30,000 nucleotides of DNA, taken from positions 2,220,257 through 2,250,256 of the forward strand of contig NZ_CP060635.1 of NCBI RefSeq assembly GCF_014337215.1. The letters run 5' to 3'. The notes under the pieces were generated by a model. It searched no databases, was not told the DNA's origin, and saw nothing but the letters and a program-made list of their open reading frames with translations. Made by a program: the position numbers and the translations under genes. Shown here one piece after another: positions 1-7,398 of the stretch. This DNA comes from Wansuia hejianensis (GTDB lineage: Bacteria; Bacillota; Clostridia; Lachnospirales; Lachnospiraceae). Numbering within the stretch: position 1 is the stretch's first letter; each line of letters opens with the position of its first letter.

Positions 1-514
1 GGAATTTCTTTCCATCCAGTGACAGCGTCTCTCCTTCCGCATCCGCATGCCCGAAAAACTCCACCGCCGTATCTGACGTTATCACTACTACATAAGAGTG
101 GTTATCCTGATCCGTGTTCTTCAGAAATCTGCCGTACCTGACCGCAAGATCCATGATCTGCGCATATCCTCCGGTCGTACCTGTCAGCGTCATGGTGCCG
201 CTGGTGTATCCGCTTTTGGCTGTTACGCTGGAAGTGCCTGCAGGCGCCGCGGCGCCGATTTCCTCATCCGTTAACAACGTCGTAAATTCCGTATATGTGA
301 CAGGGTTCTCTTTATCGTCGCTGATGCGCACCGTCAGATAGTTAGATCCTATGCCGGAAATTTCATCCGCCACTGAGCTGGTAGCTCCCGACGCGATAGA
401 GACCAGAACTACCAGGGCAACTACGCCTATGATTATTCCCAGCATAGTGAGAAAGGATCTGAGCTTGTTAGAACGTATGGCATTCCAGGACATTTTCAGG
501 GTTTGTCTGATCAT
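1..514 (-). CDS. ABC transporter permease, MacB/FtsX type (N-terminal 171 codons; 3' end lies beyond the window edge)
   Basis: I translated the minus strand from the ATG at 514, which forms an ATGA overlap with the stop of the ATPase gene at 511. The product reads [62 protein letters not shown]...GGYAQIMDLAVRYGRFLKNTDQDNHSYVVVITSDTAVEFFG. That is an N-terminal TM helix followed by a MacB-type periplasmic domain. The frame stays open to position 2. It is absent from the ORF track because there is no stop in the window. Confidence 0.8.
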   Translation of the reverse strand, partial: MIRQTLKMSWNAIRSNKLRSFLTMLGIIIGVVALVVLVSIASGATSSVADEISGIGSNYLTVRISDDKENPVTYTEFTTLLTDEEIGAAAPAGTSSVTAKSGYTSGTMTLTGTTGGYAQIMDLAVRYGRFLKNTDQDNHSYVVVITSDTAVEFFGHADAEGETLSLDGKKF

Positions 515-1191
515 TCCGCCATCTCCTTTACCTGTCCGTCATGAATTGCAATTTTCCGGCCGGCTTCACCGGCCAGCTGCTGATCGTGGGTGATCAGCAC
601 AATCGTGTTTCCCGCATCGTGGAGCGTATGGAACAGATCCATGATATCCTCTCCCGTCTTTGAATCCAGATTGCCTGTCGGTTCGTCAGCCAGAAAAAGG
701 GACGGATGGGTCACAAGCGCCCTGGCAATGGCCACTCTCTGCTGCTGCCCGCCGGACAGCTCCTGCGGCCTGTGATTCATGCGGTGCGTCAGCCGTACCC
801 ATTCCAGCGCCTCCTGTACCCGTTCTCTTCGCTCCTGTGTCCTGACATTCTGATAGATCAGCGGTAGTTCCACATTCTCCGCCGCCGTAAGCCTGGGCAG
901 GAGGTTAAAGCTCTGGAATATAAACCCTATCTTCCGGTTTCTGATCCCGGACAGCTCTTTCTCCGAGTATTCCCCCACCAGAATATCGTCCAGAAGATAC
1001 TCCCCTTCATCTGCCGTGTCCAGGCATCCGATAATATTCATCATCGTAGATTTACCACTGCCTGACGGGCCGACGATGCTGACAAATTCCCCTTGCCTGA
1101 CTTCCAGATTCGCACGGTTCAGGGCATACAGCTTTTCTTCGCCGATCCGGTAAATTTTCGAGACATTTCTTAGTTGTATCATACCGGCCAC
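511..1191 (-). CDS. ABC transporter ATP-binding protein, MacB/LolD-like
   Basis: 226-aa ORF with Walker [13 protein letters not shown] signature [15 protein letters not shown], Walker [13 protein letters not shown] and H-loop ITHD. SD AGGTGG lies 5 nt upstream of the ATG. Confidence 0.93.
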   Translation of the reverse strand: MAGMIQLRNVSKIYRIGEEKLYALNRANLEVRQGEFVSIVGPSGSGKSTMMNIIGCLDTADEGEYLLDDILVGEYSEKELSGIRNRKIGFIFQSFNLLPRLTAAENVELPLIYQNVRTQERRERVQEALEWVRLTHRMNHRPQELSGGQQQRVAIARALVTHPSLFLADEPTGNLDSKTGEDIMDLFHTLHDAGNTIVLITHDQQLAGEAGRKIAIHDGQVKEMAE

Positions 1192-1193
1192 CT

Positions 1194-1712
1194 CTACTTT
1201 CCGAAAGGCATTCCCTGCCCGCCCGCCATGATGTCCGGCATGTCGTCCGGCATGTCGCCTCCAAAGCCGCCCCCGCCGAAATCACCTTCTCCCGGCATCT
1301 GGCTGAAATCGAAACTGCCTATATTTCCGGACCCTGAATCTGTATTGCCGCTTTTTTGATAATATACCGTATCTCCTGCATCCAGCCCTTCCGTAATTTC
1401 TACGATATCGCCGTCAGACAGACCGGTAGTCACAGTCTTTTCACCGCTGAGATTCCCTTCGTCATCTTTTTCCGTATAGACAAAAGTTTCATTCCCCCGT
1501 TCCTGCAGCGCATTGACCGGTATTGTCACAACATTCTCTTTTTTCTCAATGACAATTGTCGCCGAAGCGTTCATCCCTTCTTTCATCAGCTCATCCTTTG
1601 GAATCGTGATTTCCACGGTGTATTTTGCCACTCCACCGCTGGCGCTGGCACTGGCGCCCACTTTTGTCACTGTTCCTGCAAAGCTCTTTCCTTCTATGGC
1701 ATCCAGCGTCAC
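1194..1712 (-). CDS. Efflux adaptor (HlyD/MacA family), C-terminal beta-barrel/membrane-proximal fragment; in frame with the upstream ORF across a single TAG
   Basis: The ORF starts at a GTG and reads (M)TLDAIEGKSFAGTVTKVGASA...VVTIPVNALQERGNETFVYTE...GDIVEITEGLDAGDTV, which is typical of an adaptor C-terminus. The minus-strand sequence is ...TCA GAA GAC TAG GAG GCA GAA GTG ACG..., so AGGAGG sits 5 nt before the GTG. Confidence 0.7.
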   Translation of the reverse strand: MTLDAIEGKSFAGTVTKVGASASASGGVAKYTVEITIPKDELMKEGMNASATIVIEKKENVVTIPVNALQERGNETFVYTEKDDEGNLSGEKTVTTGLSDGDIVEITEGLDAGDTVYYQKSGNTDSGSGNIGSFDFSQMPGEGDFGGGGFGGDMPDDMPDIMAGGQGMPFGK

Positions 1713-1721
1713 TTCTGCCTC

Positions 1722-3578
1722 CTAGTCTTCTGATATCGAATTTATATCCAGCTCATCCACGTTTACTGATAATATCATTTCATCGCCGGACGCTATCGTA
1801 AAAGCTGTGATATCGGTGCTATCATCTGAAGAGCCGGACCCGCTGCCCGAAACAGTACCGCTCCCGCCGGATTCTGTTGCAGATGACGCCTCGCCTTGCA
1901 CCGCCGCCCCTGTATTGTAAGTGTTAACAGCGTTCATATTTACAGCACCGGCGTCGCCGGAAACGCTGCCATTGCCGGAACTTCCTTTTTCCGATGACTG
2001 CTCTGTACCTGAACCGCCCTGCTGACTCTGATGATCCCCTGAATCTTCAGGCGTCTGCTGCTCCGTCTCTGTCTCCGGAAACGAAATCCGGAAACTCAGG
2101 CTGTTTTTGTCTTCAGATACAGTAATGCCCGAAATAACGCCAATCTCCACCGACAGAATGCTGTCCGCCCCGAAATAATACCCCTCGCCGGCAGTCAGTT
2201 CAATCTCTGCCGTATACACTGTAGCAGCCTGAAATTCCGTATCGTCCGGGGACCAGACAACCGTTCCGCTGTAACTGCCGTCTTCCGCCTGTATGCCGGC
2301 CACAGGCGTCTTCCCTTTTTCCGGCGCGGGTAGCGCAAGTATGTCTGCCGTGCCCGTTCCCGCACTTTTCACTGCCAGCCTGAGCTGAGTGCCTGCATCC
2401 TCCTCTCCCGGCTGCGGAAGCTCTGTGCCGGAAACGGATGTCAGCCGTGCCGTGCCAGCCTGGGCACTTCCGGTATATGATGACGCAAATGACGCGACTA
2501 CAGCCTGGGAAGACCCACTCTGGCTTCCGGAAATACCGCTTCCGGAAATGTTGACACTGCTGACCGTCCCGTCGACTGCTGCTGTTATGGTACATGTCTT
2601 CGAGATCGTCAGCAGCTCCTGGAGAGTTGCAACAAGCGCTTCACGTTCTGCTGAAAGCTCTCTTCCCTTCACGGTCCGTGCATCGCTTTCCAGAACCATC
2701 AGCGTATCCCCGGCTTCCACCTCTTCATTTTCTGACACGCTGATCTCTGAAATCGTGCCCCCCGTCACAGTCACATCTATTTTCTGGTGAATATAAGTCA
2801 AACCGCTTCCAAGAACGGCGCCGTCCGATGCCGTCACCGTCACGGTTTCATTGTCACCGGCTCCCTCATCCGAAAATACAGTCACACAGCTCTGTCCGCT
2901 GACGCTTTCTACCGTGCCGTTCCATGTTGTCCCGTCAGCCTGGGACACCGTTACCGCATCCCCTTTTGCCGCACCGGCTCCATTATCCGTCGTCACAGCC
3001 ATCTTGCCGTCTGCTGACAGCGCCATAATGGCACCATTCCCGACCATGCAGTCACCTGCGTCTGCTCCTGCGCTTCCATATATCACCTTTACTCTTCCCG
3101 AGACACCGGCCGTCACGGTAACTTCTGCAGTGGACTCTAAATTTTCCTGTATCTGTTCATCCAACTCTGAAATAGCCGACTGGACTTCTTCCATCGCGCC
3201 CAGCACCGAAGCCTCGCTGACCGTCGCCAGCGCGTCACCGGCGCTCACCTGATCCCCGCTTTCAACCAGCACATCTTCAATAACAAGGCCTGAGGGAATG
3301 TTCAGGGCCGAAGCCCCGCCCGCCTCCAGATTGCCGGTTCCCACAACCGTATTAGAAATATCTCCGGCCTCAGCCGCCACCTCATTAACCGTAATACCCA
3401 ATGCCACCGCCGCTTTCCCGCTGCGGCCTGTCAGCACAATAAAAATGCCCGCGACGGCAGCCGCCCCCAGTGCTGTTGCCGCAATCATTACTTTTTTCTT
3501 TTTCGCATGCCGCTTCCGGCCGGACGGAACTGCGGCTGTCTCCTTCTGCTCCTTCTTGATCTGCCCTTTTTTCCTCAT
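1722..3578 (-). CDS. Efflux adaptor (HlyD/MacA family), N-terminal part with TM anchor, lipoyl-like halves and a long Ser/Gly/Thr-rich insertion; ends at an in-frame TAG
   Basis: The likely start is the ATG at 3578 (MRKKGQIKKEQ...), with SD GGAGG 7 nt upstream. It is followed by the TM segment VMIAATALGAAAVAGIFIVL. Lipoyl-like motifs are VESGDQVSAGDALATV and EVEAGDTLMVLES. The 64-codon 5' extension in the ORF track has no SD. Confidence 0.7.
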   Translation of the reverse strand: MRKKGQIKKEQKETAAVPSGRKRHAKKKKVMIAATALGAAAVAGIFIVLTGRSGKAAVALGITVNEVAAEAGDISNTVVGTGNLEAGGASALNIPSGLVIEDVLVESGDQVSAGDALATVSEASVLGAMEEVQSAISELDEQIQENLESTAEVTVTAGVSGRVKVIYGSAGADAGDCMVGNGAIMALSADGKMAVTTDNGAGAAKGDAVTVSQADGTTWNGTVESVSGQSCVTVFSDEGAGDNETVTVTASDGAVLGSGLTYIHQKIDVTVTGGTISEISVSENEEVEAGDTLMVLESDARTVKGRELSAEREALVATLQELLTISKTCTITAAVDGTVSSVNISGSGISGSQSGSSQAVVASFASSYTGSAQAGTARLTSVSGTELPQPGEEDAGTQLRLAVKSAGTGTADILALPAPEKGKTPVAGIQAEDGSYSGTVVWSPDDTEFQAATVYTAEIELTAGEGYYFGADSILSVEIGVISGITVSEDKNSLSFRISFPETETEQQTPEDSGDHQSQQGGSGTEQSSEKGSSGNGSVSGDAGAVNMNAVNTYNTGAAVQGEASSATESGGSGTVSGSGSGSSDDSTDITAFTIASGDEMILSVNVDELDINSISED

Positions 3579-3701
3579 GAAGATTCCTCCTGAATTTCTG
3601 ATTCTGCCCAGCGCCCGCCTGGGGCACTGTTTATATTGTAGATAAGAAACCTTAAATGAACCTAAAAAAGGACCTGAATCCTGTGAAAAAAGTGTGAAGC
3701 G

Positions 3702-3742
3702 AAAAAAAGCAGGCCCGCGGCGCCTTTGCCGCTGACCTGCTT
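3702..3742 (-). terminator. Rho-independent terminator after the J-protein operon
   Basis: Minus strand reads AAGCAGG-TCAGCGGCAAAGGCGCCGCGGG-CCTGCTT, followed by the rest of a run of seven T residues whose first two pair in the stem. Confidence 0.6.
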
Positions 3743-3859
3743 CTTCAATAGGGGAGGATAAGTATTTCACTCATCTTTCGTATCTCATTGGAGGGGTTCC
3801 AATGAACATTTATAGTATTACCGCCCCGCCCCGCTTTATTCAGTTTTATTTAATATTTT

Positions 3860-4501
3860 TTAGAAACAGCATACTCTGCCGTATGGACAGCAGCAGCTGC
3901 ACAGCGCGTTAATCGCACAGCAGGAGCAGCAGACCTTGCTCATGCTGCCCTGGCCGCAATCGCCCGCACCGTAACCGCCTCCCATGTTGGAATACCATTC
4001 ACTGTTCCCGGATAGCTGCTGAAGCAGCCTCTGGAACTGCAGATTCTCCGGTTCCAGATTGACGGCCATCTGCGCATCCTCCAGAGCGTTCACATTATTG
4101 CCCAGCCCTGCATTGGCAATTGCATGCAGATAATACCAGGTGCCGTTCCTGTTGGAAATATTGTTCAGCACACTCATAGCTTCCATGTAATGGCCATTAT
4201 TAATGTAATTGGCCGCAGCCTGCATCTCTGCGTCATTGCCGTAGCCTCCGCCGGCCTGACCGCCATACCCGTAGCTGCCGCTTCCATAGGCGCCGGAAGA
4301 AGAAGTACCATGTTCTTTTTCATCCATGATCTGCTTATACGCCTGTTGTATCTGTTTAAATTTTTCTTCAGCCTGAGCCTTATTGGGGTTATTAATGTTG
4401 GCATCTGGATGATATTTCCGGCTCAGAGTCCGGTAGGCTTTTTTTATTTCGTCTGTACTGGCATCTCTCGATACGCCCAGTACCTCATATGGGTCCTGCA
4501 T
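3860..4501 (-). CDS. J-domain (DnaJ-like) protein with a Gly/Tyr-rich linker, a TPR-like segment and a cysteine-string C-terminus
   Basis: The N-terminus [33 protein letters not shown] carries the HPD motif. The C-terminal 32 residues hold 11 Cys: [33 protein letters not shown]. Confidence 0.85.
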   Translation of the reverse strand: MQDPYEVLGVSRDASTDEIKKAYRTLSRKYHPDANINNPNKAQAEEKFKQIQQAYKQIMDEKEHGTSSSGAYGSGSYGYGGQAGGGYGNDAEMQAAANYINNGHYMEAMSVLNNISNRNGTWYYLHAIANAGLGNNVNALEDAQMAVNLEPENLQFQRLLQQLSGNSEWYSNMGGGYGAGDCGQGSMSKVCCSCCAINALCSCCCPYGRVCCF

Positions 4502-4504
4502 TCG

Positions 4505-5347
4505 TTATTTATTCTCCTCATGCTTGCTTTCTTTTTCTGCTCTCAGCATTTTATATTTCGTCCAAATACCAGCATACAATATATTTCTTAAAATGTCCAC
4601 ATTTTCCAGAACAGGAAGCTTCTCAAAAGCCTTGGAAGCCGACGCCGCCATCATCGTAAGTATCTGCAGCGCATTCTCTTCGTAGTCAGGACGTCCCATG
4701 ATCGGCAGAAACGGATTATAATTTCCCGTCCTCCGGTCCTTTTGCAGATCTTCATAGGCATCCATCAGGTAAATGAACTTTCCCAGATAAAAACCCACCT
4801 TCCTCAGATCGCTGCTCCATATATCTTCCTGGTATACAAAAATTTCTTCCATCAACTGCCCCGTCAGCCCGGCCGCCAGATCAATATCCTCCACGCGTTC
4901 CTCTTCCGCCCTGTGAAGTTCTTTTAAATAGCGGCGGATCGCTCTGACCTGCCGCGGATAGCGCGACGCAGTCTTCAGATAAGACCTCCTCAGCAGCCGG
5001 GCCGCACCCAGGCTTCCCCGCTTCTTTTCATCCTGCCAGTCGTCCATCAGGTTGTGGTAAACCAGCAGAATATTCATATCCGCCGCATAACTGGTATAAC
5101 GGTTCCTTGTGCAAGGTCGCTTCTGCATGGGGTGCAGAACACAAAAATGCCGCTCCTGACTGCTCTTCTCCTCATAGAGCCCCGTGAGAAGAATCGCCAG
5201 AAAAGTCATATCATACGTGAGCGTCATCCTGGCCAGCTCTCCGCACGACTGCTTCAGATCCCGGCAGATCCCGCAGTAATAAGAATGGTACCGTTCAAAA
5301 TCCTTAACCTTTAATTCTTCCTTATTAACTGTAATATATCCGAACAT
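4505..5347 (-). CDS. DUF5685-family protein (family name from memory)
   Basis: 280-aa ORF starting MFGYITVNKEELKVKDFERYHSYYCGICRDLKQSCGELARMTLTYDMTFLAILL. It is tightly packed between the Zn-ribbon gene and the J-protein gene, with 3-10 nt gaps. Confidence 0.7.
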   Translation of the reverse strand: MFGYITVNKEELKVKDFERYHSYYCGICRDLKQSCGELARMTLTYDMTFLAILLTGLYEEKSSQERHFCVLHPMQKRPCTRNRYTSYAADMNILLVYHNLMDDWQDEKKRGSLGAARLLRRSYLKTASRYPRQVRAIRRYLKELHRAEEERVEDIDLAAGLTGQLMEEIFVYQEDIWSSDLRKVGFYLGKFIYLMDAYEDLQKDRRTGNYNPFLPIMGRPDYEENALQILTMMAASASKAFEKLPVLENVDILRNILYAGIWTKYKMLRAEKESKHEENK

Positions 5348-5357
5348 TCATTCTCCC

Positions 5358-5759
5358 TCAGGTACGTTTAACAAAATCTGTATGGCACTGGGGACAATGT
5401 ATGGAAATATTCCCCTTCCCCTTCGGCACACGAAGCAGCTTTTTACAATTAGGACATTTGAAATAGCAGTGGTCCTTATCCTTAAAGGCCCGGGATTTGC
5501 CTCGGAAAAATCCGAAAAACCGTTCCTTAACTTCCAGAAACTTCTGATTCTCCTCCCACCGCTTTGTCTGATTCCTGGAAAGCATCCTGAAATACCCCCA
5601 CACCAGTAGCAAAACAGCCAGAGTAGACAAAATCAAAGTCGCCACAAAAAAGGATACCACAATCAGCCCCAGAGACAGAAACATCGAAAACCTGCCCAGC
5701 TCATCAATTCCGTAACGTCCCTCCATAAAGTTTTGAAACTTATCCCTTAATTTATTCAT
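5358..5759 (-). CDS. Small membrane protein with a C-terminal zinc ribbon
   Basis: 133-aa ORF with a hydrophobic hairpin (FSMFLSLGLIVVSFFVATLILSTLAVLLLVWGYF) and CPNCKKLLRVP...HCPQCHTDF. Confidence 0.65.
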   Translation of the reverse strand: MNKLRDKFQNFMEGRYGIDELGRFSMFLSLGLIVVSFFVATLILSTLAVLLLVWGYFRMLSRNQTKRWEENQKFLEVKERFFGFFRGKSRAFKDKDHCYFKCPNCKKLLRVPKGKGNISIHCPQCHTDFVKRT

Positions 5760-5860
5760 TCAAACCTGACCCTTTCCAAAATACTAATGATAATACTGTA
5801 TCGCTTTTTGGGGATAAAAGCAATTCATCCTTCATTAATTTTTTATAAAATTATGGTTTT

Positions 5861-6170
5861 GTGGCGAGGGGGGATGGATACCCGGACGAAAAGCAGCAGG
5901 AGACCTTCAGCGGTTGCGGCCTGTTGGGCAGACCTCTGCAGGTCTCCTGCTGCTTTTCTGGTTGTTCCAGACGGTACAATGGCTCTCTCCAGAGGTGGAA
6001 ACCCCGATGGTCTCAGGCGATAGAAATTAGTATTCAATAAAACAATACTGGCGCCAATCGGCCAGTAATTGCTGGCTGAAACCATACCGATGACACTTTA
6101 GGAGAACCTGGGTGAAGCGTTTTAGATCACCAGAAAGACTGGGTATCCAAACGCTCCCCCCTCACCGCCC
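5861..6170 (-). ncRNA. Candidate structured RNA of unknown family (~310 nt), possibly the 5' leader of the Zn-ribbon/DUF5685/J-protein operon
   Basis: A long-range closing helix pairs GAGGGGGGA (5866-5874) with TCCCCCCTC (6155-6163), and GGATACCC (5876-5883) with GGGTATCC (6141-6148). There is a perfect 19-bp internal stem, 5888-5906 with 5940-5958. Local hairpins lie at 6029-6049 (AGTATT-N9-AATACT) and 6061-6076 (GCCAG-N6-CTGGC). No ORF here has an SD. The strand is assigned from the promoter candidate at 6190-6217; a plus-strand RNA is not excluded. Confidence 0.4.
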
Positions 6171-6189
6171 ATTTGGAATCAAAACTGAA

Positions 6190-6217
6190 ATTTTAGAACC
6201 TGAAACTGTTTTGTCAA
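6190..6217 (-). promoter_or_regulatory. Sigma-A-type promoter candidate reading into the structured region
   Basis: Minus strand has TTGACA (6217-6212), a 16-nt spacer, then TAAAAT (6195-6190). The predicted start is ~15 nt before the closing helix. Confidence 0.4.
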
Positions 6218-6312
6218 GGACTAAAACTTTATAAAATTTCTGCCCTCTGCGCATATCCGGCCCTCAGAGTGAGAATTCTTAAACTAGAACATTTTCTAGG
6301 AGGATTCTGGTT

Positions 6313-7095
6313 ATGGCGTTTAATAAAGTTGAAATATGCGGGATAAACACATCCAAGCTTCCGGTACTGACCAATGAAGAAAAGGAGCAGCTCTTTCAGC
6401 GAATCAAGCAGGGAGACAGCAAAGCCCGTGAGACCTATATTAAAGGAAATCTGCGCCTGGTGCTGAGTGTCATCAAGCGCTTTTCCAACAGCAACGAAAA
6501 TGCGGATGACCTGTTTCAGATCGGATGTATCGGATTAATGAAAGCAATTGACAATTTCGATACCTCCCTGGGGGTGAAGTTCAGTACTTATGCCGTCCCC
6601 ATGATCATCGGGGAAATCCGGCGGTACCTGAGGGACAATAATTCTATCAGGGTCTCCCGTTCCCTGCGGGACACGGCCTACAAGGCAATCTATGCCCGTG
6701 AAACTTATGTAAAAAAGAACCTTCGTGAACCCACCATCATGGAAATTGCAGAGGAAATTGGCATTGATAAAGAAGATATCGTCTATGCGCTGGACGCGAT
6801 CCAAAGCCCCATGAGCCTGTTTGAACCAGTGTACACAGAAGGCGGGGATACCCTTTATGTTATGGACCAGATCAGCGATAAGAAAAATAAGGAAGAAAAC
6901 TGGGTGCAGGATCTGGCCCTGCAGGATGCGATCGCCCGGCTGAATCCAAGAGAAAAGCATATCATAGAGCTCCGCTTTTTTGAAGGAAGAACACAGATGG
7001 AAGTAGCCGCAGAGATTGGGATCTCTCAGGCTCAGGTCAGCAGGCTGGAGAAAAACGCACTGAAGGCCATGCGGAATTATCTCGCCGAAGAATAA
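6313..7095 (+). CDS. sigG: Sporulation sigma factor SigG
   Basis: 260 aa. NKVEICGINTSKLPVLTNEE...GNLRLVLSVIKRFSNSNENADDLFQIGCIGLMKAIDNFD...KFSTYAVPMIIGEIRRYLRDNNSIRVSRSLRD...TQMEVAAEIGISQAQVSRLEK is near-collinear with B. subtilis SigG (from memory). SD AGGAGG is upstream. Confidence 0.93.
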   Translation: MAFNKVEICGINTSKLPVLTNEEKEQLFQRIKQGDSKARETYIKGNLRLVLSVIKRFSNSNENADDLFQIGCIGLMKAIDNFDTSLGVKFSTYAVPMIIGEIRRYLRDNNSIRVSRSLRDTAYKAIYARETYVKKNLREPTIMEIAEEIGIDKEDIVYALDAIQSPMSLFEPVYTEGGDTLYVMDQISDKKNKEENWVQDLALQDAIARLNPREKHIIELRFFEGRTQMEVAAEIGISQAQVSRLEKNALKAMRNYLAEE

Positions 7096-7398
7096 AGGGA
7101 CTATAAGGCAGGCGCCGCAGCACCGCATGAACTGTTCCGGGCACCTGGCTCTTCTGCAGCTTCTCCGGATGGCGCAGATTCTGAAGCAGCTCTGACAGCC
7201 ACTTTCCCTTAGTGACCAGCGCCCTCCTCCATCTCCGTCAGCGGGATTCTGTCCACCATCAGCCTAGGCTGTACGGAAGCCAGGCTGTCAAAGCCCAGCA
7301 TAGAGGGCTTTTTCTCTCCCAGTTTCACCGACAGGGAAACGGAGGACAGTTTCGATAAGACATTCCCACATGCAGACGGCGGGAGCCACGCATACGTG

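Noticed and set aside
1722-1724. TAG as pyrrolysine or reassigned sense codon (also TGA at 24441 and TAA at 28279)
   Set aside because: TAG, TGA and TAA all terminate neighbouring well-defined genes, for example at 1194, 13752, 511 and 3860. No pyl genes or suppressor tRNA are visible. Simple nonsense mutation, or local read-through at most, is more parsimonious.
3579-3770. 5' extensions of ORFs in the track: adaptor 3579-3770, binding protein 12868-12972, lipoprotein 16510-16620, amt 9154-9171, aroE 16392-16403, spoIIGA 14610-14636
   Set aside because: In each case an internal ATG is preceded by a good SD at 5-8 nt and begins a sensible N-terminus, such as a signal peptide or a conserved start. 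The extensions encode odd sequence and overlap terminators or promoters.
5787-6085. 78-aa (+) and 80-aa (-) ORFs inside the structured intergenic region
   Set aside because: Neither has an SD. Both run straight through long perfect stems, so the peptides simply mirror the inverted repeats. The region is better explained as RNA structure.
5861-6170. Identity of the structured region as tmRNA, RNase P RNA, SRP RNA, 6S RNA or a known riboswitch (T-box, SAM-I, glycine, cobalamin, FMN, ydaO, yybP, ZTP)
   Set aside because: It lacks a tRNA-like 3' end with CCA and has no alanine-tag frame. GAGGAAAGTCC (the P4 element) is absent. There is no GGAA-tetraloop SRP domain IV, and none of the aptamer core consensus strings I recall is present. 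Partial resemblances (TCTCAGGCGA, CTCTGGAGAG) lie on opposite strands. It remains unclassified rather than assigned.
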